Below, in pieces: positions 30,858 to 41,353 of a DNA stretch of 62,161 nt (position 1 is the first letter of the stretch; each line of letters begins with the position of its first letter). Under the pieces are notes generated by a model. The model ran no database searches and was not told the origin of the DNA. It was given only the letters and a program-made list of their open reading frames with translations. Made by a program: the position numbers and the translations under genes. This stretch comes from Clostridium sp. (GTDB lineage: Bacteria > Bacillota > Clostridia > Clostridiales > Clostridiaceae): contig DAOUPR010000001.1 of the NCBI GenBank assembly GCA_030626065.1, positions 1 through 62,161 on the forward strand, given 5' to 3'.

Positions 30858-31409
30858 TTATCTGAATTCACAATCTATTAAATGGTCATTTACTACACCT
30901 ACAGCTTGTAAATAAGCGTAAATTATCGTAGATCCTACAAACTTCATCCCCATTTTTTTTAAAACTTTACTTACTCTATCTGATAACTCTGTCGTAACCG
31001 GCATTTCTTCCATTGTAGACAACTGATTAACAATTTGTTTTCCATCTACAAATTCCCATAAGAAATCGTTGAAACTACCATATTCCTTCTGTATCTGTAA
31101 AAATATTTTTGCATTTTCTATGGAGCTTTCTACTTTTCTACGATTACGAATTATCCCAGTGTCTTTTAATAATTCCTCTACTTTATTCTCATCATATGAA
31201 GCTACAACCTTTGGATCAAATCCATCATAAGCCTTTCTATAAGTTTCTCTTCTATTTAAAATAGTTTGCCAAGAAAGCCCTGCTTGAGCTGATTCTAAAA
31301 TCAGAAATTCAAAAAGTACTTTATCATCATGCACTTCTTTTCCCCAATCTTCATCATGATATTTAATCATTAATTCGTTTTTACCTGCCCAATCGCATCT
31401 TTTGACCAT
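30858..31409 (-). CDS. tag: DNA-3-methyladenine glycosylase I
   Basis: RCDW, YHDEDWG, LESAQAGLSW, NDHLIDC. Confidence 0.93.
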   Translation of the reverse strand: MVKRCDWAGKNELMIKYHDEDWGKEVHDDKVLFEFLILESAQAGLSWQTILNRRETYRKAYDGFDPKVVASYDENKVEELLKDTGIIRNRRKVESSIENAKIFLQIQKEYGSFNDFLWEFVDGKQIVNQLSTMEEMPVTTELSDRVSKVLKKMGMKFVGSTIIYAYLQAVGVVNDHLIDCEFR

Positions 31410-31686
31410 AAGTATCACCTCTGATTATATTATACAATTTTTCTTTTAGTATGTATATTAAAAGAACTACTTCCATTCAACACCATCTAAATTACATTAT
31501 AAGTATTGAAAGTTACTATTCCTTATTTTTTCTATTGCATAAGAAAAATAAATATCTTTTCCTATACAACAAAAGTAGCTTTACTTAGCTACTTTTAAAT
31601 GTTTATAAATTATAATTTATTACTAATAAATTGGTTAAACCACAAATTATATAAATATATCAGTAAAACACCAATATTATTTTTAT

Positions 31687-33267
31687 CTATTTTAACACTT
31701 TATAGTTAAAATACTCAAAATCAGCATAGAAATCATGATGTCGCATATCAATTGTCTGCATTCCTATAAATGCTCCTGTAAATCCCATAGGTTCAACATA
31801 ATCATCTGATAAAATTGATGAATCATACTCTCCAGGGAACTCAACAAATTTATCTTTTACTGCATAATAGAACTTAACTTTATCATATTTCACAACTAAT
31901 TTCAGCCCAATGCTTCCAAAGTAATCAATTTCAATTTCTTCAAGTTTAAAGTTTGACCTGTCAACACATAAAAGACCAAGCGAGTACTTTTCAGTATCCT
32001 CATCAAAACTCAATCTAAAGAAATATTGATTATTCTCGTCATATCTATAAGTGATACCTGCCATATGATGAAAACTTTGGGGTTTACACTCAAATCGTGT
32101 TTCTGCTTCAAACATAAAATCTGTTTGTCTTCTTGCAACAAGAGTTTGTACATGTCGCGACATAATAGATTCTCTACCATAAAGCCTTAAGTATCCTTTT
32201 CTTTCATCTACAGTCATTAAATTACCAAGAGGTATTCTAAGTGTTTGAAAATCCTTCAAGAAATCATTACTATCAAAAGTATATTTTATATCATTATTTA
32301 CATTTTTTTTGATACTACCTTCAACTTCGATATAATCTTGAGGATCGTGACATGGTCCATTATTAGAATCAATATATGGCCATCCATCTTGCCAAACTAA
32401 TCTTTGTATTGATGTTTCACGACCTAACACACATCGGTCTGTTCCTGGAAGTGGACGTCCACAAAGATGTACAAGAAACCACTCTCCTTTTTCGTTTTTG
32501 CACATACTTGCATGCCCTGCTTTTTTTATATAAACATCCTTGTTATAACTTGTAACCAAAGGATTACTTGGATGTGTTTGATAAGGGCCAAGTACATCTC
32601 TACTACGTGCAATTGTTACTGCATGCTCATATGATGTTCCACCTTCTGCTGTCATTAGATAATAATATTCACCAACCTTATAAATATGGGGCCCTTCTGT
32701 TATCCCAATACTAGTTCCTCTATAGATCTTTTGTACTTCCCCAACTAGACACTGGTTTTTTTCATCAAATTCTTGCATAACAATCCCCGCAAAACGTTGA
32801 AGATTATCTTTTCGGTAATCCCATTCCATATTAATATACCAAACTATACCATTATCATCATGGAAAAGTGATGCATCAAAACCACTACTGTTCATATAAA
32901 GTGGTTCACTCCACTCTCCATCTATTTTGTCACAAGTTGTTAAATAATTAGGTGTATCTTTAAAGGCTGTATCATTACCCCAACTCTTAACATCAGTATA
33001 TATAAGATAGAATTTCCCATCTTTATGAGTTAAACATGGAGCCCAAATACCACCAGATGATGGATTTCCTTTCATATTCAAAAGACTAAGCCTATTAAGA
33101 GGACGTGCTACAACCTCCCAATTAACAAGGTCTTTCGACGCATGAATTTGCACACCAGGAAACCACTCAAAAGTACTTGTTGCTATATAATATGTGCCAT
33201 TTGCATAGCAAATAGCTGGGTCAGGGTTAAACCCTCTTAATATAGGATTCTCAATCCTTGTCTGCAT
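31687..33267 (-). CDS. GH43 beta-xylosidase/arabinofuranosidase
   Basis: NPILRGFNPDP, STFEWFPG, GGIWAP, TEGPHIYK. Confidence 0.92.
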   Translation of the reverse strand: MQTRIENPILRGFNPDPAICYANGTYYIATSTFEWFPGVQIHASKDLVNWEVVARPLNRLSLLNMKGNPSSGGIWAPCLTHKDGKFYLIYTDVKSWGNDTAFKDTPNYLTTCDKIDGEWSEPLYMNSSGFDASLFHDDNGIVWYINMEWDYRKDNLQRFAGIVMQEFDEKNQCLVGEVQKIYRGTSIGITEGPHIYKVGEYYYLMTAEGGTSYEHAVTIARSRDVLGPYQTHPSNPLVTSYNKDVYIKKAGHASMCKNEKGEWFLVHLCGRPLPGTDRCVLGRETSIQRLVWQDGWPYIDSNNGPCHDPQDYIEVEGSIKKNVNNDIKYTFDSNDFLKDFQTLRIPLGNLMTVDERKGYLRLYGRESIMSRHVQTLVARRQTDFMFEAETRFECKPQSFHHMAGITYRYDENNQYFFRLSFDEDTEKYSLGLLCVDRSNFKLEEIEIDYFGSIGLKLVVKYDKVKFYYAVKDKFVEFPGEYDSSILSDDYVEPMGFTGAFIGMQTIDMRHHDFYADFEYFNYKVLK

Positions 33268-33278
33268 TTCCAACACTC

Positions 33279-33487
33279 CTTATAGTTTTCTACATTCATT
33301 TCCTCATCATTAAGTTTACTAACAATTTCAAAATAACCATTTAAATAATTAATTCTTTTTTCATCATGTACTTTACCTTCTTAAAGCTTATCATCCCAGA
33401 TACTTTCTATATAACTATCTTTAGTTTTTGTGCCTTCTATTTGGTATTACGATGTAGCCACTCCAAACAAAAATCTTTCGAGAACAT
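33279..33487 (-). pseudogene. GH1 beta-glucosidase remnant (frameshift, stops, large internal deletion)
   Basis: Manual translation MFSKDF/LFGVATS*YQIEG...ESIWD joined to DKL*EGKVHDEKRINYL...NVENY: GH1 N- and C-terminal signatures; RBS AGGAGG retained. Confidence 0.85.
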
Positions 33488-33498
33488 ATTGTTTCCTC

Positions 33499-34335
33499 CT
33501 ATTCTTTAACTCCGCCTAATGTAATTCCTCTAATAATGTATTTAGACAAGAATAGATACGTAATTAAAAGTGGGAATACTGATAAAGATAATCCTAAATA
33601 AATACCACCGTACTCAGTACTATAAATATCTGCTTTTAATAGCTGAACAAGCATTGGTAGTGTATATTTACTTTCACTTGTTAATAGGGTTAATGGCATT
33701 AAATAGTTATTCCACGAAGCCACTATCCCAAATATACCCATAGTTGCTAGAGCTGGCTTCATAATTGGTAACATGATTTTATGAAATATTTTTAGTTCTC
33801 CTGCTCCATCAATACGTGCTGCATCAACTAATTCCTTTTGGAATGAACCGAGCAAATATTGTCTTAAGAAAAATATAGTCGGTGGAGAAGCTATTGCTCC
33901 CAAAATTAACGGAATAAATGAATCTACTAAGTTTATATCCAGCATAAAACGATAAAATCCAACCATGCTAAGTTGTGCAGGTATCATCATTACAACAAGT
34001 ATTATAGTAAATAAGGCTTTACGTCCTTTAAATTCATAAGCCACAAGACCATAGGCAGCCATTGCTGAGAAATATATTCCTAATATAGTTGATGAAAAGG
34101 CAATTATCGCACTATTTTTTAAACCTTTCCAAATACTGAATCCACGTCCTGTTAAAATATCCCAGTTGTATTTCAAAAACTTACTTGGGAAAAGGGAAAT
34201 TCCTTGTTGGATTTGTTCTGTAGAACGTGTTGCATTTACAAACATCAACCAAAATGGCATAATACTTAGACAAACTAAAATGATAAGCAATATATAAATA
34301 AAAAACTTTTTAATTCTTTGGCCTGTTGTTTCCAT
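33499..34335 (-). CDS. Carbohydrate ABC transporter permease
   Basis: ELVDAARIDGA EAA loop. Confidence 0.9.
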   Translation of the reverse strand: METTGQRIKKFFIYILLIILVCLSIMPFWLMFVNATRSTEQIQQGISLFPSKFLKYNWDILTGRGFSIWKGLKNSAIIAFSSTILGIYFSAMAAYGLVAYEFKGRKALFTIILVVMMIPAQLSMVGFYRFMLDINLVDSFIPLILGAIASPPTIFFLRQYLLGSFQKELVDAARIDGAGELKIFHKIMLPIMKPALATMGIFGIVASWNNYLMPLTLLTSESKYTLPMLVQLLKADIYSTEYGGIYLGLSLSVFPLLITYLFLSKYIIRGITLGGVKE

Positions 34336-35298
34336 TTAAACACTCCTCCTATCATCTTGCCTGAAAATCTTAAAGATAATTATGCTAATAATAGCAATAA
34401 GGATGAATAGTAATATAGATGCAGCTGCAGCTATATAATAGTTACGTCCACCTGTAAATGCTTGCTTATAAATATACATAGTCATAGTTTGAACTGAATT
34501 ACTCGGTGCCCCACCTGTCAAAAGGAATGGAATATCAAACATTTGCATACCACCAATTAATGATGTAATAAGTGTATATAATAAAATTGGTTTAATAAGT
34601 GGTATTGTTATTTTCCAAAACATTTGTTTTGAAGTGGCTCCATCTACCATTGCAGATTCGTAAAGTGATGGTGAAATACCAATAATTGCTGCCATTAATA
34701 TAATCATTGTATGACCATACCACATCCAGAATTGTATAAATGCAACTGTTCCTCTTGTAATACCTTTACTTCTAAAGAAATTTACTGGTTCACTAATCCA
34801 TCCAAGGTTTTGCATGATTTGATTTAATGGACCAGATGGATATCCAAATATTGCATAAAAAAGAACTGATACTGACGCCGCAGTAATAATATTGGGTAAA
34901 TATAAAGTAACCTTAAAAAATCCAGTTGCTCTTATTTTTAATTTAAGGTCTGTAAACCAACTTGCTAAAAGTAACGAGAGCACTAGCTGTGGAATGAAGT
35001 TCATCATCCAAATTATCCAGGTATTAGCAAAGGCTTGTCGAAATAATTTATTATTAAATAAAGCCGTATAATTCTTAAATCCAACATATTTATATTCAGT
35101 TGCCCATCCTGCTAAATCTGTAAAACTTAAATTAACCGTGTATAAAATAGGATATAATTGAAAAATTAAGAATGCAATAACAAATGGAGCTACAAAGAAA
35201 TAACCATATTTAGAATATGAAACTACTTGTTTCTTTTGTTTTTTTTGTTTTTTTTCTTTCTTTATTTTATTCTTACTTAAAACTGCTTCCCCCGTCAT
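34336..35298 (-). CDS. Carbohydrate ABC transporter permease
   Basis: LYESAMVDGA EAA loop. Confidence 0.9.
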   Translation of the reverse strand: MTGEAVLSKNKIKKEKKQKKQKKQVVSYSKYGYFFVAPFVIAFLIFQLYPILYTVNLSFTDLAGWATEYKYVGFKNYTALFNNKLFRQAFANTWIIWMMNFIPQLVLSLLLASWFTDLKLKIRATGFFKVTLYLPNIITAASVSVLFYAIFGYPSGPLNQIMQNLGWISEPVNFFRSKGITRGTVAFIQFWMWYGHTMIILMAAIIGISPSLYESAMVDGATSKQMFWKITIPLIKPILLYTLITSLIGGMQMFDIPFLLTGGAPSNSVQTMTMYIYKQAFTGGRNYYIAAAASILLFILIAIISIIIFKIFRQDDRRSV

Positions 35299-35318
35299 AC
35301 TAAAACCTCCTTATATCT

Positions 35319-35362
35319 AGGAAGTAGAACTCTTCCTAATCTTTAGGTAAGTTCTACTTCCT
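35319..35362. terminator. Stem-loop after the sugar-binding protein gene (mRNA stabiliser/attenuator)
   Basis: AGGAAGTAGAACT...AGTTCTACTTCCT. Confidence 0.6.
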
Positions 35363-35422
35363 TATAATTGTTGATTTTACAATATTCTAAAATATTTGGT
35401 ACACATACTTTTGTATTTAATA

Positions 35423-36790
35423 CTAGTCTATTGCAATATTAGGAAAAGCGTTTTGTACTTCGGCTTTAAAATCTTCCATAGCTGTATCTAAATCTTTTTC
35501 ACCATTTGAATAAGCTTCTAATTCTTCACCTAATAAGGTTTGAATATCATAATCACTACCTTGAAGTTTTGATGCATCAATATTTGGTGCCATTTCAGCA
35601 AATGCAGCATAATGGTTTTGACCAGCTAAGAATTCTTCTGAGAAATCATCTTTAACATTATCAACTACAACTTGATCTGATAAGAAATCACCTTTCTCTG
35701 TTGCCCATTTGGTTAAGAATTCATCATTAAGTGTTAAGTATTCAACAAGGTCTGCTCCAGCTTCTTGCATTTCTGTTCCTTCACGAAGACCAACCCATGT
35801 TCCTCCCCAGAAGTATGGTGATGGTCCTTGAACCATTCCCCAGTCACCTAAAGTTGAAGTTCCATCAGTTGCATTTTCTGCATTTGTTTTAAGTACATAA
35901 TGTAATCCCCAAGTTGGTAATAAATATCCAAATACATCATTTCCACTCATACTAGCAAACCAAGCTTCACTCCACTGCTCAGCATCTGCAGTTAATCCTT
36001 CATCTTCTAATGTTTTTGCTATTTCAAATAACTCAGTAATTTTATCATCAATCACAAGTGTATCATCTTCAACCCAAGCATGCTCACGAGCTGCATAGAA
36101 TACTTGTACTAAATCTCCAGTACCAGAAATCATGTGTACTTCTCCATTAGATTTTTCATCTATTGTTCTTGCTGCATCAAGGAATTTATCAAAATCACTT
36201 ATAAGCGCTTGTACTTCATCTGGTTCAGACACTCCCAAGTATTTTTCTGCTAATGAACGACGATAGAAGAATGCACCCGGTGTTCCTTGCCATGAAAGAC
36301 CTTTAAGTACCCCATCTTCATCTTTTGCAACATCTAATACGTAAGGAAGAGTATCTCCTGCTTTTTTATCAAGACCAGTTTTTGATATATCCATTGTGAA
36401 TGGAGATTCAACATATTTTTTAACAAATGCTGCTTCCATTGCAAATACGTCTGGAGCATTTTTACCTGATGCTAAAACAGGATCAAGTTTTGTTTGATAG
36501 TTCTCTGTTGGAACTACTACAACTTCAATATTATAATCAAGATCTGGATTATCCTTCAAATAATAATCCTCTATCATACCTTTTATTTCATCCGTAAATG
36601 TCCAAACAACTAAAGTCTTGTCCGCATCTGCATTTCCAAGAGTGGCAGTTTCTGTACCATTCCCTTCTTCTTCTGCATTCGCTTCATTACCTTCATTTGA
36701 ATCATTGGCAGGTGCATTATTGTTACCCCCACAAGCTACAAGTGACACCATCATCATTAGCGTCATTAACAATGCAATAATTTTTTTCAT
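35423..36790 (-). CDS. Carbohydrate ABC transporter substrate-binding lipoprotein
   Basis: Lipobox LVAC; GP.PYFWGGTW motif. Confidence 0.9.
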   Translation of the reverse strand: MKKIIALLMTLMMMVSLVACGGNNNAPANDSNEGNEANAEEEGNGTETATLGNADADKTLVVWTFTDEIKGMIEDYYLKDNPDLDYNIEVVVVPTENYQTKLDPVLASGKNAPDVFAMEAAFVKKYVESPFTMDISKTGLDKKAGDTLPYVLDVAKDEDGVLKGLSWQGTPGAFFYRRSLAEKYLGVSEPDEVQALISDFDKFLDAARTIDEKSNGEVHMISGTGDLVQVFYAAREHAWVEDDTLVIDDKITELFEIAKTLEDEGLTADAEQWSEAWFASMSGNDVFGYLLPTWGLHYVLKTNAENATDGTSTLGDWGMVQGPSPYFWGGTWVGLREGTEMQEAGADLVEYLTLNDEFLTKWATEKGDFLSDQVVVDNVKDDFSEEFLAGQNHYAAFAEMAPNIDASKLQGSDYDIQTLLGEELEAYSNGEKDLDTAMEDFKAEVQNAFPNIAID

Positions 36791-36890
36791 CTTTACAACC
36801 CCTTTTTGAATATTTTTTTAATATATGAAAATATAAAGACCAACTGACATAATTGCTCTATTATATTTTTCAATCATTATTTAAATATTT

Positions 36891-37050
36891 CTTAACTGGT
36901 TTGAAAAATGTCCAAAAAACTCCAAATGACATAGTGCTTATTACTTAACCGGTTTAGTTAATTTGAAAAATATTAGACCAAAACATAAATATTCCTTTAT
37001 TTTCTAAATAAAGCCTAATAATTTAATGTCGAGGTCTGTAAGCGTTTTCC
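36891..37050. promoter_or_regulatory. Two candidate LacI operators and a cre-like site
   Basis: CTTAACTGGTTTGA (36891), CTTAACCGGTTTAG (36944), TGTAAGCGTTTTCC (37037). Confidence 0.55.
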
Positions 37051-37143
37051 TAGACAGATTAAGTAAATTATACAATAAGAAACCGCCCAAATCAAGTATT
37101 TTTTTACTATATTGGTTTTTTTTACTATATTGGGTTTTTTTCT

Positions 37144-38142
37144 TTATTTGGTTGAGTCCCGTTCTATCAATTTAACCGGTACTTGTATTACAACATTTTC
37201 TTCGTCAGGTTTTTCAATTTGACGTAATAATTGTTGTACCGCTATTTTACCCATTTTATTTGTATTTTGCTTTATTGTAGTTAAAGATGGAGTTATTATT
37301 TCTCCTAATTCGATACCATCAAAACCAACAACAGCAATATCTTCTGGAATCTTATATCCATGTTCTAAAATACATTCAATTCCACCTAATGCAGAATAAT
37401 CATCCGGATACACAATTGCACTTGGAATTTCTTTTGCCTTCTGAAAAAGAAGATTTGTTCTATTATAAGCATCAGTTTTAGAATAATATACTCCTTCTAT
37501 AAGATTATATTTCCCTTCATCTAAAAAATCATCATTAGCCTTTGTAAAACTTTCTATTCTTTGGTCTGTTACATAACTACTATCACCATAAATATATGTA
37601 ATATTCTTATGCCCCTGGGCTTTTAAATAATATACAATTTTACGCATACCATCAACATTATCTGATTTAACTGTACTTACTGTATCAAAAATATGGTCAA
37701 TTGCTACAACAGGCATTTCACTTTCAACAAGTTCCTTTACCGCTTTCGCCCTAAAATCAACACATGCAATAATAATACCATCACATCTTCTATATCGAGC
37801 ATGTTCGAGATAAGTAGTATCTCTTCCTGCAATGCTTTGTGCAATAAAAGTAATATCATAACCATTAAACTCTGCTTCTTGCTTAATGCTTTCTAAAATT
37901 CTCGAAAATAGATAATGAGTAAATCCACTATGTTGACTATCTTCAAATAGCACTCCAATATTCCATGTTTTATTTGTTGATAAAGCAATAGCTTGAGAAT
38001 TAGGAGAATAACCCATTTCTTTAGCAACCCGATGAATTTTCTCTTTTGTTTTAGCACCAATATCTGGTTTATCATTAAGTGCTTTTGAAACTGTTGCAGG
38101 CGCATATCCTGTTTTCTTTGCAATATCATATATTGTAACCAT
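37144..38142 (-). CDS. LacI-family transcriptional regulator
   Basis: MVTIYDIAKKTGYAPATVSKALN HTH; IPEDIAVVGFD. Confidence 0.93.
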   Translation of the reverse strand: MVTIYDIAKKTGYAPATVSKALNDKPDIGAKTKEKIHRVAKEMGYSPNSQAIALSTNKTWNIGVLFEDSQHSGFTHYLFSRILESIKQEAEFNGYDITFIAQSIAGRDTTYLEHARYRRCDGIIIACVDFRAKAVKELVESEMPVVAIDHIFDTVSTVKSDNVDGMRKIVYYLKAQGHKNITYIYGDSSYVTDQRIESFTKANDDFLDEGKYNLIEGVYYSKTDAYNRTNLLFQKAKEIPSAIVYPDDYSALGGIECILEHGYKIPEDIAVVGFDGIELGEIITPSLTTIKQNTNKMGKIAVQQLLRQIEKPDEENVVIQVPVKLIERDSTK

Positions 38143-38224
38143 AACATCACCTACCTCATAAATATACATACCTTAATATTATCATATTTATAATACTTAT
38201 AGAATATTATATTTAATATTGCAA

Positions 38225-38296
38225 TTTGTACCTTTGTTCAATTACTTTAACCATTTTATAAACTAACTGATTATATGGCGTTGGAACTCCAACTTT
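38225..38296 (-). pseudogene. Short remnant resembling a ketopantoate reductase (PanE/ApbA) C-terminus
   Basis: Manual translation KVGVPTPYNQLVYKMVKVIEQRYK. Confidence 0.4.
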
Positions 38297-38467
38297 GAAT
38301 AATTTAATCTGTAAAAATAAAATAAGTTTAAATTCTAACGTATTTCTTGCCACCTCGCCCCTCTTTTTTACATTTCTTTAATATAATTATTTTTTGTATT
38401 AAACTTTTCTATATTTAACTTGTTTTTTGTTATTTTTTATTATATACTATTACTATAATAACAGATA

Positions 38468-38568
38468 TAAAACTCGATAATAGCAAAATTAGTGAAAGCT
38501 AATGACGCAAAGCTAAAGGGACTAACGTGTTTGAACAAAACATCATGTCAGCCAGTTGCCGAAGGTTT
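38468..38568 (+). ncRNA. GEMM-I (c-di-GMP-I class) riboswitch, A20 variant
   Basis: CGATAATAGCAAAATTAGTGAAAGCTAATGACGCAAAGCTAAAGGGACTAA...ATGTCAGCCAGTTGCCGAA. Confidence 0.93.
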
Positions 38569-38574
38569 GAGAAA

Positions 38575-38605
38575 AACTCATACCTTAGAAGTATGAGATT
38601 TTTTT
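38575..38605 (+). terminator. Riboswitch expression-platform terminator
   Basis: CTCATAC-CTTAGAA-GTATGAG followed by ATTTTTTT. Confidence 0.8.
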
Positions 38606-38624
38606 ATCATCAGGAGGTAAAAAA

Positions 38625-38969
38625 TTGCTTTCTTTGAAAAATAAGACTAATGGTACTATAGTAGTTTCTAACGTAGTTGAGGCCAATAATTTCTTTAAAA
38701 GATTAAAAGGCTTAATGTTTACAAAAGAATTATCCTCTCAAACTGCAATGTATATTCGCCCTTGTAACGGCGTACATACATATTTTATGAACTACGCTAT
38801 TGACGTTTTATATCTTGATATTAATAATAAAATCATTGCCATTGATAAAGATATGAAGCCCTGGAAATTAGGAAGACTCCACAAAAATGCAGTAGCTGTA
38901 GTAGAACTATCTAATGGAATGATTGAAAAAAATCATGTAGAAATAGGTCATGTATTAGAACTTATTTAA
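38625..38969 (+). CDS. DUF192-family protein at the head of the tad locus
   Basis: RLKGLMF, PCNGVHTYFMNYAIDV, VVEL. Confidence 0.85.
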   Translation: MLSLKNKTNGTIVVSNVVEANNFFKRLKGLMFTKELSSQTAMYIRPCNGVHTYFMNYAIDVLYLDINNKIIAIDKDMKPWKLGRLHKNAVAVVELSNGMIEKNHVEIGHVLELI

Positions 38970-38984
38970 AGAGGAGGTTTACTT

Positions 38985-39161
38985 ATGTTAACTAAAATCA
39001 AAGGTTTATTTGTAGAAGAACAAGGACAAGGTATGACAGAATACGGACTAGTTTTAGGAGTAGTAGCCATTGGAATAATAGCTGCTCTAGTACTTCTAAG
39101 AGATCAAATTAGTACATTAATCAATAGTGTTGTTACAAACTTAAGTACCAATACCCCTTAA
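38985..39161 (+). CDS. flp: Flp type IVb pilin (58 aa, missed by the ORF track)
   Basis: MLTKIKGLFVEEQG/QGMTEYGLVLGVVAIGII, the Flp G/xxxxEY motif; RBS GAGGAGG. Confidence 0.92.
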   Translation: MLTKIKGLFVEEQGQGMTEYGLVLGVVAIGIIAALVLLRDQISTLINSVVTNLSTNTP

Positions 39162-39290
39162 ACATAATAGTAATAATTTTAAACCACTAATAAATTAATA
39201 CCACAAAACTCCATTTAAACAACCATAGTTATCTAATATAAACAACCAATCAATACCACTGTTGATTGAAAAGTAAACATTAAGCTACCC

Positions 39291-39329
39291 ACACAAAAGG
39301 CCTTCCACTAAATGGACGGCCTTTTGTGT
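39291..39329 (+). terminator. Stem-loop after the pilin gene
   Basis: ACACAAAAGGCC...GGCCTTTTGTGT. Confidence 0.65.
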
Positions 39330-39336
39330 AAAAGAG

Positions 39337-39864
39337 GTGAAGAAAATGATTTTAGATATAATATTAATTTCAATTTTAATTATATGTTTCCTTACAGATT
39401 TAAAATATCAGAAAATTTATAATAAAATAATTTACCCCACTCTTCTTACTGTAATAGTAATTCAGATAATATCAAGCGGTTTTAGTGGGTTTAAGACATC
39501 TATATTAGGTTTTATTGTAGGCTTAAGCATACTATTAATACCATATTTTTTAGGTGGAATAGGTGCTGGCGATGTAAAACTATTAGCTCTAATCGGTGCA
39601 ACAAAAGGAAGTATATTTGTTCTAAATACTGCCTTGTATATGGCATTAATTGGTGGCATAATTGCCCTTCTAATTATTGTATATAAAAAAGAACTAAAAA
39701 ACTTCTTTAAAACAATTGTAACTTGGATATCTTCTTTATTTAATGGAGTTAAATATAAAATTGAACAACCTACTTCATCACTAACACAAAAGTATCCCTA
39801 CGGTATTGCTATTGTTGGAGGAGCTCTTATCTGCTTTTTCTTTAAAGGAGCATGGATAATATGA
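39337..39864 (+). CDS. cpaA: Prepilin peptidase (A24)
   Basis: TDL...KIYN and GAGDVKL aspartate motifs; PYGIAI. Confidence 0.9.
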   Translation: MKKMILDIILISILIICFLTDLKYQKIYNKIIYPTLLTVIVIQIISSGFSGFKTSILGFIVGLSILLIPYFLGGIGAGDVKLLALIGATKGSIFVLNTALYMALIGGIIALLIIVYKKELKNFFKTIVTWISSLFNGVKYKIEQPTSSLTQKYPYGIAIVGGALICFFFKGAWII

Positions 39865-40241
39865 AAATAAAAAAAGGCCAAGCAATGGTGGAAATAGCAA
39901 TAGTTCTTCCTATCCTTATACTTCTTTTATGCTCTATTATTGATTTCGGAAGAATCCTTTATTCATCAATGCATTTAAATCTAATAACACAAGAAGCTGT
40001 AAGAATGAGCGCCCTAGGTAATAGTGACTATGAAATAGGTACGTATATAAATACTAATGTTGATCTTCCTGACAAAGATACAATAGTTATAGATATTTCA
40101 CCAATCGATTCGGTAAGAAATTCAGGAGATTATGTTACTTTAAAAATAACCTATGAAATTAATTATATAACTCCAATTATTAGTAGCTTCATTCCATCCC
40201 CCTTTGAAGTAAGTACTCAATCTACTATGAGAGTGGAATGA
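39852..40241 (+). CDS. tadE: TadE-like pseudopilin
   Basis: KGQAMVEIAIVLP. Confidence 0.85.
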   Translation: MDNMKIKKGQAMVEIAIVLPILILLLCSIIDFGRILYSSMHLNLITQEAVRMSALGNSDYEIGTYINTNVDLPDKDTIVIDISPIDSVRNSGDYVTLKITYEINYITPIISSFIPSPFEVSTQSTMRVE

Positions 40242-40253
40242 ATGTCAATTAAA

Positions 40254-40397
40254 AATGCACAATGCACAATGCACAATTATTGATGATTTTCTCCCTTTGG
40301 TCGAAAATCTTTATTTGAATAGTAGATTTTGCGTTGCAAAATCATCCTTAAACTGTGCACTGTGAACAGTGAACTATCAACTATGACCCTTGCACTG
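40254..40397. repeat. Composite palindromic repeat, copy 6 (inside the tad operon)
   Basis: (AATGCAC)3-TTGATGATTTTCTCCCTTTGGTCGAAAATCT-spacer-AGATTTTGCGTTGCAAAATCATCCTT-(ACTGTGC/ACTGTGA)n. Confidence 0.9.
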
Positions 40398-40421
40398 TTA
40401 AATAAAAGCAGGTGAAAAACT

Positions 40422-41345
40422 ATGTTATTAAAAAAAAGAAACCTAATAAACGAAGAATCCGGAAGTGTTGTAGTCTTTTTTTCACTTTTCTTAGTGATAC
40501 TTATGGGAATAGCTGGTTCTGTTATTGACGTGGGTATTTTATACAATACTAAAAGCCATTTAAAGAAAACAGCTCAGGCTGCTGTTTTATCAGGTGCTCA
40601 AGAACTTCCCAATAGCAATTCTTCCGTTAATTATGTTGTCAATCAAATACTATTAGCCCATGGAGAAGAAAATAATATTAAAAATTTATCAATAGAAACA
40701 ACTACAACCTATAAACTTACATTAACCTTAGAAAAAGAAGTTCCTTTATATTTTCTAAAACTTTTTAATATTGATAGTCAAAAGATACAAGTTACCTCCT
40801 CTGCAGAGTTGGCTCCTATGAGTGCCGGCAATGGTGCTGTTCCTCTTGGAATTGATAAAAATATTCCTCTAGAATATTTTAAAGAATATACCCTAAAAGT
40901 AGATTCTGGAGATTCAGAGTATGGTAATTTTGGTATTTTAGCTCTTTCAGGACCTGGTGCAAAACTTTATGAACAGGACCTTCGATATGGCTATGATGGT
41001 GAACTACATATAGGAGATATTATTGATACACAAACAGGTAATATTGAAGGAAAAACGCGTGATGCAATAGCTTTTAGATTAAGCTCATGCAATCATCCAA
41101 TTGATGATTATACCAATAGAGATTGTTCTAGAATTATTCTAGTTTTAGTTTATGAACCACATAAATTTTCTGGAAATCAACTTGACCAGGTGAAAATAAC
41201 TGGATTTGCATATTTCTACTTAAAAAAGCCTATAGACAAGTATGACTCCTCAATCATAGGTTATTTTATCAAAAGAGTTGGTACAGGTTATGGAAATAAC
41301 ACAACACAAGATACCGGTGCGTATACCGTAAAACTAACAGAGTAG
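40422..41345 (+). CDS. tadG: TadG-like pilus protein
   Basis: ESGSVVV..., DVG, AQAAVLSGAQEL. Confidence 0.8.
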   Translation: MLLKKRNLINEESGSVVVFFSLFLVILMGIAGSVIDVGILYNTKSHLKKTAQAAVLSGAQELPNSNSSVNYVVNQILLAHGEENNIKNLSIETTTTYKLTLTLEKEVPLYFLKLFNIDSQKIQVTSSAELAPMSAGNGAVPLGIDKNIPLEYFKEYTLKVDSGDSEYGNFGILALSGPGAKLYEQDLRYGYDGELHIGDIIDTQTGNIEGKTRDAIAFRLSSCNHPIDDYTNRDCSRIILVLVYEPHKFSGNQLDQVKITGFAYFYLKKPIDKYDSSIIGYFIKRVGTGYGNNTTQDTGAYTVKLTE

Positions 41346-41353
41346 GTGAAACT

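Noticed and set aside
37098-37140. Direct repeat TTTTTTACTATATTGG x2
   Set aside because: Simple local duplication near a probable promoter; no further support
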